A stretch of 64,000 bases of DNA, from positions 81,406,001 to 81,470,000 of the forward strand of contig NC_043006.1 of assembly GCF_006345805.1 (NCBI RefSeq), in the 5' to 3' direction. The notes below the pieces were generated by a model. It ran no database searches. It was not told where the DNA came from and saw nothing but the letters and a program-made list of their open reading frames with translations. The stretch's first letter is position 1; each line of letters starts with the position of its first letter. Shown piece after piece: positions 1-16,437 of the stretch. This DNA comes from Octopus sinensis. Its lineage: Eukaryota. A program made the translations under genes and the position numbers.

Positions 1-353
1 TATAAAAGAGAAGTTGTGTGTCTGTCTCCTACGATTTAGATTCCTAACTACTCCCACATTTTGCGCTGCAGTTTAACCAAAAGCGGGTATCTTATAGTCG
101 TGATTCATACCGAGCCCTTCTGGGTATTAGCGCGCGTCTACGATGAGTCTACGATTAAAAAAAAAAATTACCATCAATTTTTCCCATTTTAATGCATTTT
201 TGGCATATATAAGGAAAGTAACTCTCTAAAAAGTTATTATTAAATCTCAGAACGTAAAAAGCTATTGAGATGGCTATTATACTTTACATCTCTAAAAATG
301 CTTATATAGTTATTTCCCTTACAAACCCGAGCAACGCCGGGCGATACTGCTAG
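1..353 (+). mobile_element. Non-autonomous Helitron-like element (5' end probably just upstream of the window)
   Basis: 3' hairpin CCCG-AGCAACGC-CGGG (326-341), 8-nt spacer, then CTAG (350-353) followed by T. The window start TATAAAAGAGAAGTTGTGTGTCTGTC resembles Helitron 5' subterminal sequence. Confidence 0.7.
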
Positions 354-1863
354 TATATTATGAAAAATAGAGCGACGGCCGAAGTAGGAATTTCTCTAGA
401 AATTTTGACGGCGTACCACGAAGTTAGGCGTATGGTTACGAAGAGACGGCAGGTGTTCTTTGTTGCTAGTTAAGTTTTGTTATATCAGAAAATTACGACG
501 ACTACCTTTTACTCAATATTAACGAGCAACGTTATTTAACGATTTTTCTTTTGGGTGGGGGAACGGATTACCTTTTTAAGCATACTTTATAAAGAAATGA
601 AATCGTTTGATATTGAATATATTACCATATTGTTAGATCATTCTTCAGACATCTACCTGAACAAAAATATATCTAGGAAAGTAAAAACCATCTTACTTAC
701 TATTTTAATAATTCAAGATATATTACAATTTTATCAATTTATTTGCTGTTTATACACATGCATGTATATAGATATATGTGTACGAGTTGAGCATTTGTAT
801 TGCGTGTCTGTGTATGTATAAGACATACTCTGATAACACATACGCGAATATACATACATGAATGTTTTTTCCTATTACAAAACACACATTGAGTTATGAT
901 ACACTATATTATATTGTAATAGAATCATTGCAAGTCATATGTGTTGTATATATAACTTGTTAATGTTCTGAGTCGAGAAGAAAAAGTGCATGAAGAAATA
1001 AATAAAGAAGGATAGAGGAAAAGCTGATTGAAAATAGATATAACAAAGTGAAAGAGGTTTTATGATGAAAATGCAAAATCTGCAGTGTTGAAGAAAGATA
1101 AATTATATGCAATGTTACGTACAGGTAAGTAACATCACGCAAGAGAGAAGTAGAAGGCGAAAGAGCGAGCGAGACAGAGAGATGAGACAGGGAGACAGAC
1201 AAGCTATTACTGAAAGAGATGTATAACAAAGACGAAAATGGACATTAACAAACGCAGTGGGGGAGAAGAGAGAAAGATAAAGACAGATTATTAAAATGGT
1301 GAGGTGGGAGAAGATGTAAAAGACATATACTAGAAAACGAAAGGGTAGTAGAAGAAGACAGACACTAGAAATGCTGAGGGTAGGAGGAGAAAAAGAAAAA
1401 AGCTACTACTGAGAGGAACAGGAATGAATGAGACAGATATAGAGAAATATATAATTTTTCAGACGACAAACTGCCACCTGACCTAATAGAAAAAACAGAC
1501 GTCATACTTCGTTAACACAGACAATATGAAAATAATTTTAATCTGCCTGTCTGTTACTTATATTTAGAAATCATTTATCGTAAGTGCTAAATTGCAATTT
1601 GTTGTTTATTCTGCTTAAAAATCAAAAGAAAATTTTGGACAAACTGTGGGAAAGACGAAGAAATGGACGAGTGGGTTTTTTTTTAAAAATTAAATAGTAG
1701 AGAAAATTAATGATGTTACTGAAAAGTAAAGCCACGCAATGATACGACAGTGGTTTTGAACAGGGTGACGGATTGGCACTACTGCTCTTAAGAGATGAAT
1801 TGCATTCAACTGTAAATCAAAGCTGACATTTGGTCACAGCCAACCGATTTAGGTTTCAATACC

Positions 1864-2092
1864 TATTCTTTATTACCCACAAGGGGCTAAACACAGAGCG
1901 GACAAACAAGGACAGACATAGGTATTAAGTCGATTACATCGACCCCAGTGCGTAACTGGTACTTAATTGATCGACCCCGAAAGGATGAAAGGCAAAGTCG
2001 ACCTCGGCGGAATTTGAACTCACAACGTAACGCAGACGAAATACCGCTAAGCATTTCACCCGGCGTGCTAAAGTTTCTGCTAGTTCGCCGCC
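1864..2092 (-). mobile_element. tRNA-headed SINE, family A (tail type 1), full length
   Basis: Matches copies at 4660, 28935, 45841, 57130 and 60773. A/B-box-like head (GAGTTCAAATTCC). 16-bp TSD TTTAGGTTTCAATACC (1848-1863) / TTTAGGTTTCACTACC (2093-2108). Confidence 0.9.
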
Positions 2093-2112
2093 TTTAGGTT
2101 TCACTACCATGT

Positions 2113-2350
2113 ATCTTCATCATCTGAGAGGGTCATGGGCGAGTAGAGTCTTTAGGCACCTCCTCCATAGGCTGCTATCAGAAGCAACTGTTAGAAATTC
2201 CGGCTGGCATCCTAATAATCAACTGTGATTCACCCATCTCATTCTTGGTCTGTCTCGGCGTCTCATGTCACCTGATTCGACTTGAAGAATCCGTTTTGCG
2301 ATTCTTTCCCGTTGACATTCTAATCACATCCGAGCAATTTGGAGCATGTC
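2113..2350 (-). mobile_element. Decayed RTE-type LINE 3' end
   Basis: Minus translation VIRMSTERIAKRILQ...MRRRDRPRMRWV...ASDSSLWRR resembles the RTE ORF C-terminus. Ends in a short (GAT)n-like tail. Confidence 0.55.
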
Positions 2351-2559
2351 AATATCACATCACATTATAAAATATTGGTTTCTTTATTTTTGATATTTGA
2401 TATTTTAGTGTATTTACAAATATGAAGCAAACAATAGAATGTCCTGTGAAGAGAATATTGCTTTATGGAAATCGATAAATGACTCCTCTTTATCGCCACA
2501 TCAATTCTTAGATTTTCATGTAAAAATTATCCGCGTTGTTTTGAGAGGAGGAGGGAGAT

Positions 2560-2780
2560 GTTTTCCCGTGGGAAAATGGTTTTCTGATAGGTTTTCTGAT
2601 AGAATTTCTATGTACTTTTAGTCATGCATTGAATACAACACGACGTCCTATAAGCTGGTAAACAAATTAAAAAATAGCAAAAAAAAGAAAAAAAGAAATA
2701 TACTTACCGATTTCTAATAATCGAAATATTCATGAAAATATATAAAAGTACTAAGTAGGTAAATAAGTTATGGAAGCGAT
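2560..2780 (+). repeat. Unclassified dispersed repeat, copy 1
   Basis: Diverged direct similarity to 5370-5545, including the shared block TACCGATTTCTAATAATCGAAATATT and TTATGGAAG. Confidence 0.6.
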
Positions 2781-3002
2781 CTTGGTGTAAAGCCATAATA
2801 CGTCTACATACATGTGCATGTGTGTGTGTGTGTGTGAGTAAATATACCTATGCATATAGATGTTTCTGCGCTCTGCGTAAAATATATGTACACACATCTG
2901 TAAGCACATATATTCATATATACAAAAACCTTATATACTGTGTGTATGGGTATTTAATATGTTTCATATGTGCTTGTTTGTACACATGTATGAACGTCAG
3001 GT

Positions 3003-3045
<43 letters not shown>

Positions 3046-3900
3046 ATAGCCTACAATGAAAACACACTTTCATATCAATATTTTTGCTAGACAATGCCTT
3101 ATAGACTTTACACAACGCATACCTTTGACACGCGAGAATAGGACTTGCTGCATATCACAAAATCGGATGTGTACATATAGGATAAAAATATGCTAAGATA
3201 CTGGCACTATACAAAGAAACCAACAGAGAAAAAGTGATAGGGTGAGGATAATAAGAAAAAGAATTATGTTGATGGAAACCTATCATATGCAGTCATATGT
3301 GTGTAGGTGTGCATACATAAACACAGACACACACACACAGATATATAACGACACGCGGGAGGGAGAGGTGAAATATATTGAATGCTGCTTACAGAGTGAT
3401 ATTCAAATTAAAGAGAAAGAAAGGTACTGATAGAAAAAGGTTAATAAAAGAAGAAATAGAGAGACATTACAGAAGGGACAGAGATATAAAAGTGAGACAT
3501 TGCTTGCTACCAAGAGTGACAAAAATGAAATGAAGAAATAGACATATTAGAGAAAGATGCTACAACATAGTTAAACGACAAAGCAGACTACATACCTCGT
3601 GGACACAGACGATAGTAAACGATGTTATTGTGACTGTCATAGCACGAACAGATGTTTAGAAATAAATTATAGTAAGTACTGGACGCAATGTTCGGGTTAT
3701 ATTTCTTACACATTCAAATAAATTTATGGGAACTAATGGAAAAGGAAATACTTATCTTCTAATTACGCTGTGTGACACGATTTTTGTCGTTGGGTAGCAA
3801 ATGTTACTCCCTATTTGCTTAAACCTAGAAAGTATGAAGAATGGCTAATATTTCCTTCTAGCTTTGGTTTTGTTACATTTATTCAAACCCGAAACTATTC

Positions 3901-4010
3901 CTACTCGTGATCAGAGATGCACGTATTGTCAATCACAAAGGGACATGCTGGAGTGGTTAAGGTGAAGCAACTGTCAAGCAAAGCTATGGTATTATATTTG
4001 CTATAGCGAT
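3901..4010. repeat. Fragment of the repeat family found at 42714-43365 (opposite orientation)
   Basis: CTCGTGATCAGAGATGCAC...GGTTAAGGTGAAGCAACTGTCAAGCAAA is the reverse complement of sequence in both 42.7-43.3 kb copies. Confidence 0.7.
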
Positions 4011-4178
4011 GTCTCTGCTTCAGCAACTCAGCGGTGAATCTTTCTGAAATGTAATGTAAAATCGGTCAGTTTCAAAACATTGATGTCCAGGTCATAAAAG
4101 CAATGTTTGAAGGTAACAGTAGTCATTTCCTTTGATTTCTAGATAGAAGCAAATAGGAAATAACACTGACCAAAGGCA

Positions 4179-4217
<39 letters not shown>

Positions 4218-4659
4218 AACAAAATTAAAATTTTGTTATGCAGCTTTATTGACAGGGATGTGTAATAATACTACAAATCTTGTGTCAGTATGTGCGCATG
4301 TGTGCAAATCGAGAAAACGGTCAAACCTTGACCAAATCATAAAACAAAAATAAAATGAAACAAACTTAAACCAAACACGAAATGGAAGTATATTTTCTGA
4401 AATCTTTTGCTTTTCCGTTGATCGATAGATATATGACTCAAAAGCCAAGAATGTAACGTGTTTCGGTTGTTAAAAACTGAAGCCGTTTCATATCAAATGC
4501 TTTTCTGGAAAACATCACACTTCCTCTCTTAAGGAACATCATGCATTGTATTTAATCAAATGAAATCAATAGTATTAATCATTTTCAAATAAATATGCAC
4601 ACTGCATTTGTGTTTACATTTGTTTAGTGAGGAAACTAGAGTTCATTATCTTTAATATA

Positions 4660-4890
4660 TATTTCTTTATTGCCCACAAGGGGCTAAACATAGAGGGGAC
4701 AAATAAGGACATACAAAGTGATTAAGTCGATTATATCGACCCAGTGCGAAACTGGTACTTTATTTATCGACCCCGAGAGGATGAAAGGTAAAGTCGACCC
4801 CGGCGGAATTTGAACTCAGAACGTAACGACAGACGAAATACCGCTAAGCATTTCGTCCGGTACGCTAACGTTTCTGCCAGCTCGCTGCCT
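4660..4890 (-). mobile_element. SINE family A, full length
   Basis: Family A sequence. 14-bp TSD TTATCTTTAATATA (4646-4659) / TTATCTTTAGTATA (4891-4904). Confidence 0.9.
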
Positions 4891-5369
4891 TTATCTTTAG
4901 TATAGGTTAATCAACGGATAAGAATTGTGTGGCATATAGCTGAGAATTTTTGCGACTGATGATTAATAAGATTATTGATTAAAAAAATGTCTGCAAAGGA
5001 GGAATTTGTACTTAAATGGAGTCAACAGATCCTATCCAAATGATTGCAATATAATGAACTATGCTAATTAGTGTCACGCAAGAACCATGCAGTGTTTTCA
5101 ACAGGGCGGCGTTTAAGGTCTGTCGCCCATATGTCTTCACATGCAAATGGTAAACTGTTTAAGATTTCCCGTCATTATTCACATGACAAATGTCTTCATT
5201 TTTTAAAATTTATATTTTTCAATATACTATTTTATTTAAAGACAGGAAATAAAGTAATAGATTTTTTCTGCTTAAAAGAATAACGAATTTGTCCCATATA
5301 CTTTCTTCCTCGTACACTCATCTGTTACATTATTGGGAAATTCTATACTTTTCTGGTGGATAAAGTGAT

Positions 5370-5545
5370 TTCACGGTAAGTTTCCCGATAGAGATTTCTC
5401 TGTACTTTTACACATGCGTTGAAAATAACTCGGCGTCTATAAATTGGTGAACAAATTAGCAAAAAAATATTACTACCGATTTCTAATAATCGAAATATTA
5501 GTAAAAAAGATACAAATGAAATAGTATATAAGTTTATGGAAGTGA
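5370..5545 (+). repeat. Unclassified dispersed repeat, copy 2
   Basis: Similar to 2560-2780. Confidence 0.6.
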
Positions 5546-5599
5546 TGGAAGTTTAATTATGTATTTGAGTATATATGCATGCATATATGAATGAATGCA

Positions 5600-7330
<1,731 letters not shown>

Positions 7331-7663
7331 AATTTCGATCAGATTTTATCTCAGAACGAAATAATAACTCTTATTCTCTATCTATTTATCTTTCTACTTA
7401 CCTGACGACATATCTTGCGAGTATTCATTTATCTCCGTATCTATCTCTGTGTCTTTTTATCTGTTTGGTTCTCGAGGTGTCTAAATGCCTATCTCTGCAA
7501 TATCTTCTGTCAATGCATCTTAAACATAAACATTAGCAGCAATACTCACGTTGTCTGTTGTAATCTTTTCATTTTTTTTTTTCTGATATCTTGTCATTCA
7601 TTCAATATCAATTTCTCACTCTGCTATAACCAACATTTAACAGCAAAGACACCGTACCTACAC

Positions 7664-7988
<325 letters not shown>

Positions 7989-8312
7989 TGTGTGCTAGCA
8001 GCATGTCGGATTGAGAAGAGGCAGCGGAAGGGCTCAACCGAGCCAACGGTACTTCTTACATTGATGCTCAGTTGAGGACTCCTAGAAGATCAACGGCCAG
8101 GATCAACAAATTCTATCGAGAGAGTAACTGCAACGCATCCATGGGGACGGCATCCGTGATTTTCAAATCAGTTAATGAAGATACATTATAACACAAGTTC
8201 CCTATTCAAATTAAAATTGGATGGCTACCGTCATGGTAACCTGCGCATGCAGCGCGACTGGATAACCATATATATATACATATATATATACATATATATA
8301 TATGTGTGTGTG

Positions 8313-8354
<42 letters not shown>

Positions 8355-8393
8355 ATATATATAGCTCAGCCATGGCTATATATATATATATAT

Positions 8394-8438
<45 letters not shown>

Positions 8439-8815
8439 TTTGAATTAATATGCTTCTAATCCTATGATATTTGTGCACAAACTGCAATATCCATGTAATA
8501 TATATAATGGTTATATAACAATAGGAAAACATGGTTGTTTCATTTATTTATCCATATCTTTACGAACTTTTCAGTGATATCAGAATAGCATAATCATATC
8601 ACGGAAGAGAAATTTTAATAAAACTCTCGTACTTCTACAACTTTCGTAAATATATGAATTATTAAATAAATCAACGTTGTTTCGATTTTCTTATATTATC
8701 ATTACACACACACGTAAAAACATACACGCACATACACATACATATATGCATACATACATGTATATATCGATGTATATATATATATATATAGTTATAAATA
8801 TGTATGTATGCATAC

Positions 8816-8846
<31 letters not shown>

Positions 8847-8999
8847 CATGCATGCATATATGTATGTATTATGCAAAAACAATGTGAAACAAGACTGAAG
8901 AGATTTGAATATCAGAACGCTTTGCTGTGAGAGAGTTATTGGAATATAAGCACATTTCTACAATGCTTTTATTATATGGAAAAGGGAGATGAAGCCTGG

Positions 9000-9660
9000 T
9001 GGACCTTTTATACGTTTTGTGGCACTCCAATGTCCCGCTCGTAAGGCAGAATATTTTAACTTGTGACTTCAAATTTTCCCAGCTGTCCAAGTTGGATATA
9101 TTCTCTTGGACGTCTTAATACGGCTGGATCAGGAGTTTTATCTGGTGAGACTCTTCTATCAAAAGCTCAGGCCATGAGACTTTGTGTGCCACCGTATGTT
9201 TGTATCTTAACTTGAATCACTAGTGCTGCATCACAATACTTTGATCAACCATACTTTTTCAGTTGATGCTCGCGTCTTATTCAAAACCAATACGGTCTTC
9301 CTCTTCCCTTCCTGGCACATTGTGACAACGAAATGTTGTGCTGTTATTCCAGTCAGCTCTTCCATGAGCTACAACACCAGTAATGTATCTAAGTCTTAAC
9401 TGAGACTCTGCAGCCTTAACAGTATCCACTCCTCTTCATTCCTGCACGCCCTGAGCGCAGCACCAGCCTGAGAGACAATTGGGCCGCAAAACTCTAGGCA
9501 TTGCAGCACCTTCCTAGCACGGATCACCACGAATTCTTTTCTCCAGCTGCTCATTGAGTGGTTCCAATTATTCTCCCCACTCTGGATGGGACATCTCATG
9601 GTCTGAGACATTTCCAACATTACCCGCTCGTGAATCCAGAACTAACTCACGTCAGATATG
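9000..9660 (-). mobile_element. Decayed RLE-type non-LTR retrotransposon fragment, HERO-like
   Basis: Frameshifted minus translation: EFVVIRARKVLQ...PIVSQAG, TVKAAESQLRLRYITGVVAHGRA, KVSWPEL...IKLLIQ...SNLDSW...GTLE. These match motifs downstream of the RT in HERO-clade ORFs as I recall them. Confidence 0.6.
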
Positions 9661-9745
9661 CTTGAAAGTTGTTGGATGGCTTGACGGACTTATGGTTATA
9701 TATTAATGCGTATATACATATGTATGCATGTGTTTATACACACAG

Positions 9746-9822
<77 letters not shown>

Positions 9823-9949
9823 CACACACATACACACACACACATATATATATATATATATGCATATAGAATAATTAAAAAATGGAAACAAACGCCCAAG
9901 ATATTATTTAAATCATGCACGCACATATATATGTATACATATGCATATT

Positions 9950-9981
<32 letters not shown>

Positions 9982-10142
9982 CACCCACACATCTATATAA
10001 ATAGATAGAAAGCTAGATGTATAGATATATAGATAAATAGAAAGATAAATAGATAGGTATATATATATATATATATACATACACACATATATATATAGCT
10101 ACAAAGATAGATAGATACATAAATAGAATGATAAACAGATGG

Positions 10143-10179
<37 letters not shown>

Positions 10180-10189
10180 TCCGGTTTCG

Positions 10190-11430
10190 TTGTGGAAAGT
10201 CTTCTTGGCAAGTTTAGCGATGTGTTTTGTCCAACGCAAATTGCTATCGACAATAACGTCCAGGTCACGTTCACACGAAGACTTTTTTGAGATTAGTGTT
10301 GTGGAGGGTTTTTCCTCCCAAAATGCATGGTGGTACATTTGTCCACCGCCAGCTTGAGTTGCCAGTCCATGATCCACTGCTGCATTGTGTCCATGTCTGA
10401 TTGCAATAGAGATCTATAGTGTACAGGATCTGACCTTTTTATTTCGAGGTGCAGCTTGATGTCATCTGCATATTTCAGCACTGTGGCATTCTTTAAGTTG
10501 GCATCTATGTCATTAACATATGCCACAACTAAAAGGGGCCAAGAACAGATCCCTGTGGTACACGAGATGTCATCTCATAGGGTGAAGAGTGCTGTCCTAA
10601 AACTGTGACAACCTCTTTTCCGGCGAAAATAAAGGATTTCAACCAGTTATGGAGTTCGTCTCTTACGCCCAACGCAGAGAGTTTCACCATAAGTCTTTTA
10701 TGTGGCACAGTGTTAAAAGCCTTAGCAAAGTCCAGGTAAACAACATCCACCCAGGATCCGCGATCAGTGATTTGGGTAATGTCCTCAAGAAACTCAATGA
10801 GTTGATTACAGCAGCTGGAGTTAGGAATAAAACCAAATTGTGACGGCTGGATGAGGCTGTGAGACTTCCAGAAGTTCCAGAGGGTTTCCCTGACACAGGA
10901 TTCCATCAGTTTCGCGATGCAGCTAGTAAGACTAACGGGGCGAAAGGCGAGATGCGGTCACCTTTTTTGAACAGAGGGATATTACTGGCAGTTTTTCACT
11001 GCTTTGGAGTAACACCATTGTCAAGACAATTGGAAGAATAGTGAAAGTTGGTTTAGAAGAAAGTACCCCCCGCTATTGAAAAGTAGGTATGTAACACCAT
11101 CAAGACCAGGAGAGGCATAGTTGCGTTTATTCTTAAGGTGGCGTTGTAGCATTGCTGGTGTAAATTTCATAGAAGATATAGAGTCCGGTGTCAGAGGTGA
11201 TGGAGATGGAACATTTTGATCTTCGACAGTAAAGATGCCTGCATAGCATCCAGCAATGATTTCTGCACATTCTTCGGGATTGCATGTAATCTGCCCTGTG
11301 TGGGGATTGCGAAGGGGATCAACTGGAGAGTGAGGTTTCTGCTTTGAGTGTACATACTTCCAGAACACTTTGCTGCCAGGGCTGGTTGCTATGCGTTGTT
11401 CGAATTCAAGCACTGCCTTTTTTGTCACCT
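10190..11430 (-). mobile_element. CR1-group LINE fragment (RT domain, frameshifted, truncated at both ends)
   Basis: FWKYVHSK, SPGLDG, QFGF...YLDFAKAFNTVPHKRL, VPQGSVLGP, KYADDIKL, ERDLDVIVDSNL. Confidence 0.93.
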
Positions 11431-12700
11431 GCTTGAGGTGATTGGCTGATCTATTGTGCTTTTTCCTGTTGATTTCTTATTTGTGCAATTTGTATTGCAA
11501 AGTATGAATTATTTGTTAAGAGTAGATTACCAGCTATATTATATTTCATACACATCTGATATGCTTGACTAATATCATAGCGTGACGGTTGTTTCATGAT
11601 TGCCTTCTGCAGATAATGATGAATCGTACAATTGTTCTGTGTAACTCTCTGGTAAATATTCTTAACAATCAGATGGTTTACATCTCCTGTACGAAATAAT
11701 ACTACTCTGTGCACGAGAGCTTTCTAACTCATAACTCATAATGCTTCTTATGTAAAACCTAATCAACTCAGTTATTTTGCCACCTTGTGCATATCAATGT
11801 TTAGGTACACATAGACCATGAATAAATACATCTATCTAAAAACGAAAGTATATTAGGATATATGTAACAGCCTAAATCTATATGCATATAAACATATGTA
11901 TTACTTATGTAGCAGCAAAGGTTCCACTGTCCTTATATATGCATATATCCACTGATAAATGTGTGAGAGAAGCTTTAATCAGTTTGAATGCAGATGCTAT
12001 AAAACGTTATAGTATTAGCGAGCTAAAATGATTTTTAAGTGTTTTTTAATATTCTTTATCAACGCTCTGCCAAACATTGAAGTAAAGTAAACTAGTTGTG
12101 CTATCACTAGTATTTGCGCACCAATAGCTCAGTGAATGTTTTCACAAGGTATTGGTGCGCAGGCTATATGTGTGCAAGCATTACACAACGGTGTTATTGT
12201 TAATATTAAACCAGTTTATACGTATTATGTATATATATATATATATACATACAGACAAACATATATACACACATACAGCCAAGCATACATACATACATAC
12301 AGAGAGACATACAGACAGACTGGCTGTCTGACAATTATACATTCATACATGCATATATACATTCATACATATATATATGCGTTCTCACATGCATACATAT
12401 CAATATACATAGATATACTTACATAGATACATATATATTTTTATGTGTATACATACATCTATATTTATATATACATAAATGTGAATCTCTATGTCTACAT
12501 CTAAATATATCTGCATGTATATATATGTATGTATGTATGCGTGTGTTTGTATGTATGTGTGCATGTGGGTGTATTGTTAATATCACACCAGCTTATACGT
12601 ACTTATATATACATAAATGTGCATGCATATATATTTGTATGCATATGCATACATCTATACCTATATATATATGTGTGTGTGTGTATGTATAAAGATATAA

Positions 12701-12775
<75 letters not shown>

Positions 12776-13358
12776 CAGTTAGAGATAGGGGGAGAGAAAG
12801 ACAGAGGAATATTCTATCATAAATATGTGTATACATTTCTGTAAGTGCAAATGTGCGCGCATGATAGAATGAATTCTTGTCACGCAAGATGAACCTAGAA
12901 GATAAAGCAGTTTAACTAATTCTTAGTAGTAACTTATTAGCAAAATAATATTGAGAAACGCTTCGTAAAATTTTGTGAATAAGTATCAACCAGTGAATAA
13001 ACCTCTTTTAATATACAAGTAAATGATCCGTTGTAACTTTATTGACCTCAAGCATGAATGGAAAAAGTATTACGATCAAACTTATACCTCATAAATATTA
13101 AATGAGCTGAAAGCATTATATAATAATACTGATTTATTATAAATCTCTTTCGGCAAATATCGGAAACATATATTTGTAAAGGACAGTGGAAGAACTTGTT
13201 CTATAACATATCAATCCAACAGGAAAATAATATTTACTATCAGATCATATCTGTTCTAGACGTATTGGATATAAAGACGAAATTTCACTGATAACACTAA
13301 AAGCAGCAACACATTGAAGACACAGTCAAAACAATCAGGATTTTACACACACACACAT

Positions 13359-13447
<89 letters not shown>

Positions 13448-14637
13448 TGATGCTAATAAGAATGAAACAAAATACAGACTGAAATAGTGCACTGAAGAGT
13501 TAATTGCAAAAATAACCGATAAAAATCCCGGTCTGAGATCGTTTCGTTTTCTACCATGATACTAGTGATTGGTGATCGCTGAGAGATAACCATAATTGGC
13601 CAGCACTGAGATTGTTCTGCCAATATGAAATGGTCGAGTTAATGTGTAACGGCTCAGACGGTTATGAAACTAAACTGATTAAAATATTCAAATCCTGAAG
13701 GAGGTAGCAATATATCCTCAACTCGGGAAGAACGTCGAGTGTTTGGAACAAATGGGACTCTGTGGAGGTCAGTCGATGGCGTTAACCCGGCCATAGAATT
13801 ATCATGGCCTATCATTAACTGGACCATGATAAGATCTGAACAGAGAACTTAGAGCCCAAAGGCATCCAGGCATCCGGTTCAGTGAACTTACTCTTCCGCC
13901 TATCCAACACCGTGAATTGGTACTCTGTTACATTAGTACATTAGTGTTTTTTTTTTATCTACCTCGAATGTTTAGAAGCTAATGTTGATCTTAATGGAAT
14001 TGATCTCAGAATGTAGAGAGTCAGAAGAAATTCCACTAAACATTCTGTCCGGCCGGCTAACCATTCTGCCATCTCACCACCTTGCGAGGTTTTATGCACA
14101 CAAACACACACACACACAAACATACGTTTCCACACACACATGCTTATATAAATCATGTGAGATAAACTCAATACAGAACGAGAGACGAGAACTCCTTAAG
14201 TGGGCAAAAAAGCATCCTTTCATACTCTGTTGCGTAATCTGCCGACGTACTTAATCGTTCGTGCAATTATTGAACTGAAGAAAAATTTCAGTGTAATGAA
14301 GAGCATAACATAGTAAATAGATATACATGGGTTTCACGCAATCCATTTAATACATGTAAAAACAAAGCATTTATTATGAGAAGGCTAAATAAACAAGAAA
14401 ATTGCAGCAAAGTTGCGTGATAGTGATACCAGACATGGCATGCAGACCATCATATAACATGCTTGACGTTGTGTTTTTATTCTTCTCTTCTGTTTTACGA
14501 ATTCAGTGAGCATTTGCACATTGCGTGTTCATTCTTCTTTTTCGGGCTCCTACTTAAAACTGTTTACAGAACACGACCATCACACGAACTGCGTTCGTGA
14601 GGAGCGCTTCGCTTTCCGTTGGTGGTGAAATTTATTT

Positions 14638-15033
14638 AGGCGCAGGAGTGGCTGTGTGGTAAGTAGCTTGCTTACTAACCACATGGTCCCGGGTTCAGTC
14701 CCACCTTGGGCAAGTGTCTTCTACTACAGTTTCGGGCCGACCAAAACCTTGTGAGTGGATTGGTAGACAGAAACTGGAAGAAACCCGTCGTATATATGTA
14801 TATATATATATATATATGTATATGTATGTGTGTGTATATGTTTGTGTGTATGTTTGTCCCACCCAAAAACGCTTGACAACCGACGTTGGTGTGTTAACAT
14901 CCCCGTAACATAGCGGTGTGACATTAGAGTCCGATAGAATAAGTATTAAATCCTGGGGTCGATTTACTCGACTAAAGGCGGTGCTCCAGCATGGCCGTTG
15001 TCAAATGACTGAAACAAAAGAGTAAAAGAGTAA
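14638..15033 (+). mobile_element. tRNA-headed SINE family B (CORE-like central segment, internal microsatellite)
   Basis: A-box TGGCTGTGTGG, B-box GGTTCAGTCCC, then ACCTTGGGCAAGTG (CORE-like). Tail GACTGAAACAA(AAGAGTA)n. Several other copies in the window. Confidence 0.9.
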
Positions 15034-15220
15034 ATTGAGAGACACTGGAATATATAATACAAAGTAGATATGTATATATGACCTTAATTTGTCACTCTTT
15101 ATTTCTCCCTCCGTCTCTGTCTCTCTTCCAGATTGTATGTGCGTATGTATGTATGTGCATACATACACACACATATGAATATAAATATTAACGTCATAGA
15201 CATTGATCAAAAGAACTATA

Positions 15221-16437
15221 TTGGGCCATCTCATAAATAGTACGGTCTTTTCAATTGCATGAACTAAAAGTTGGAGGGGGACGGGATAAACTACCTGCAT
15301 CAACTTGCTATAAAAGCAGGCAGTAATTTTACCCTGTTATTCTTAGTGCAAGTTTTGGAGAGTACAGTTCTATTTTAACAGTTATTTTTTCATAGATATA
15401 ATGGAAGTGACAGAGGAGCATATTCGGTATATTTTGCTTTATGAGTTCAATAATAGCAACAAAGCAACGGAAAGTACAAGGAATATTAATGCTGTATATG
15501 GGGATCGAACAATAAGCATAAGCCAGTGTCAACGGTGGTTCCAGAAATTCTGAGTCGGAAACTACAACCTAGAAGACGAGACTCGTCCTGGAATATGTGT
15601 AGAGCTCGACGAGGACGTCCTGCAAACCCTGGAGGAACAAAATCTCATTGTAACTCTTGAGGAACTCGCAGAGAAGCTTGGATTTGGTCATTCAACAATT
15701 CATCGATACCTGTGTGCCATCGGAAAAGTCAGCAAATTGGTTCGATGAAATCCTTACAAACTTTCCTAGAGAGTGAATGTGTGCAGAGATTGAATGTGTA
15801 CTCTTCTTTGCTGTCACGTCTCACTAATGTACCTTTTTTGGACCATATGGTGACCAGTGACGAGAAATGGGTTCTGTATAAACATGCTAAAGAAGGTCTT
15901 CGCCCACGTAAGGCGTTGTTCTCTGCTTGAAGGGATAGGAAAGGTTTAGTCCACCTTGAATCAAACGATAAGAAAGATCTGCAGCGAGCAGCTTGAGCTG
16001 CTTAAGTCAGCGCTAGAAGAAAAACAACTATTTTTGGTTTCAAGACGAAAGGTGTTCTTCCATTAGGATAATGTCTGGTCACATACAGCGAGGATGACAT
16101 TCCGAATGTTGTTGCAGTTTGAATGGGAAACGATCCCCCACCCACCATATTCGCCAGATATTGCCCCATCTGATTATCATTAATTCCGCAGTCTTCACAA
16201 TCATTTGGACGAAACAAATATGAATTCTGTAGACGAGGCGAGAACAGTACTGGAGAAGTATTTTTTGTACGGACAGGTGAATTTTGGAAGAGAGGCCTTG
16301 CAAGTCTACCAGATAGATGGGAGAGTATTGCAGAAAATGAAGGAGGGTATATTTTAGATGAAAAAAACAACAACTTTATCTTCATTTTGAAAACTATAAT
16401 AAGTATAAAAGAGCCACATTATTTATGGGATGATCTG
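15221..16437 (+). mobile_element. Mariner (DD34D-type) transposon, near full length, decayed
   Basis: ATG at 15401 (MEVTEEHIRYILLYEF...CQRWFQKF), MVTSDEKWVLY, HPPYSPDIAPSDYH. Degenerate TIRs TTGGGCCATCTCATAAATAGTACGG and CCACATTATTTATGGGATGATCT. TA precedes the left end. Confidence 0.92.

Noticed and set aside
555-821. 88-aa ORF near the window start
   Set aside because: AT-rich, non-ATG start, no domain similarity and no splice support.
14582-14598. Small hairpin CACGAAC-TGC-GTTCGTG
   Set aside because: A 7-bp stem is expected by chance in 64 kb and has no supporting context.
14638-14705. tRNA-like sequences with A and B boxes (also at 17800-17862, 37441-37510, 55061-55130)
   Set aside because: They are SINE heads. 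They continue into SINE bodies and do not form a full cloverleaf with an acceptor stem.
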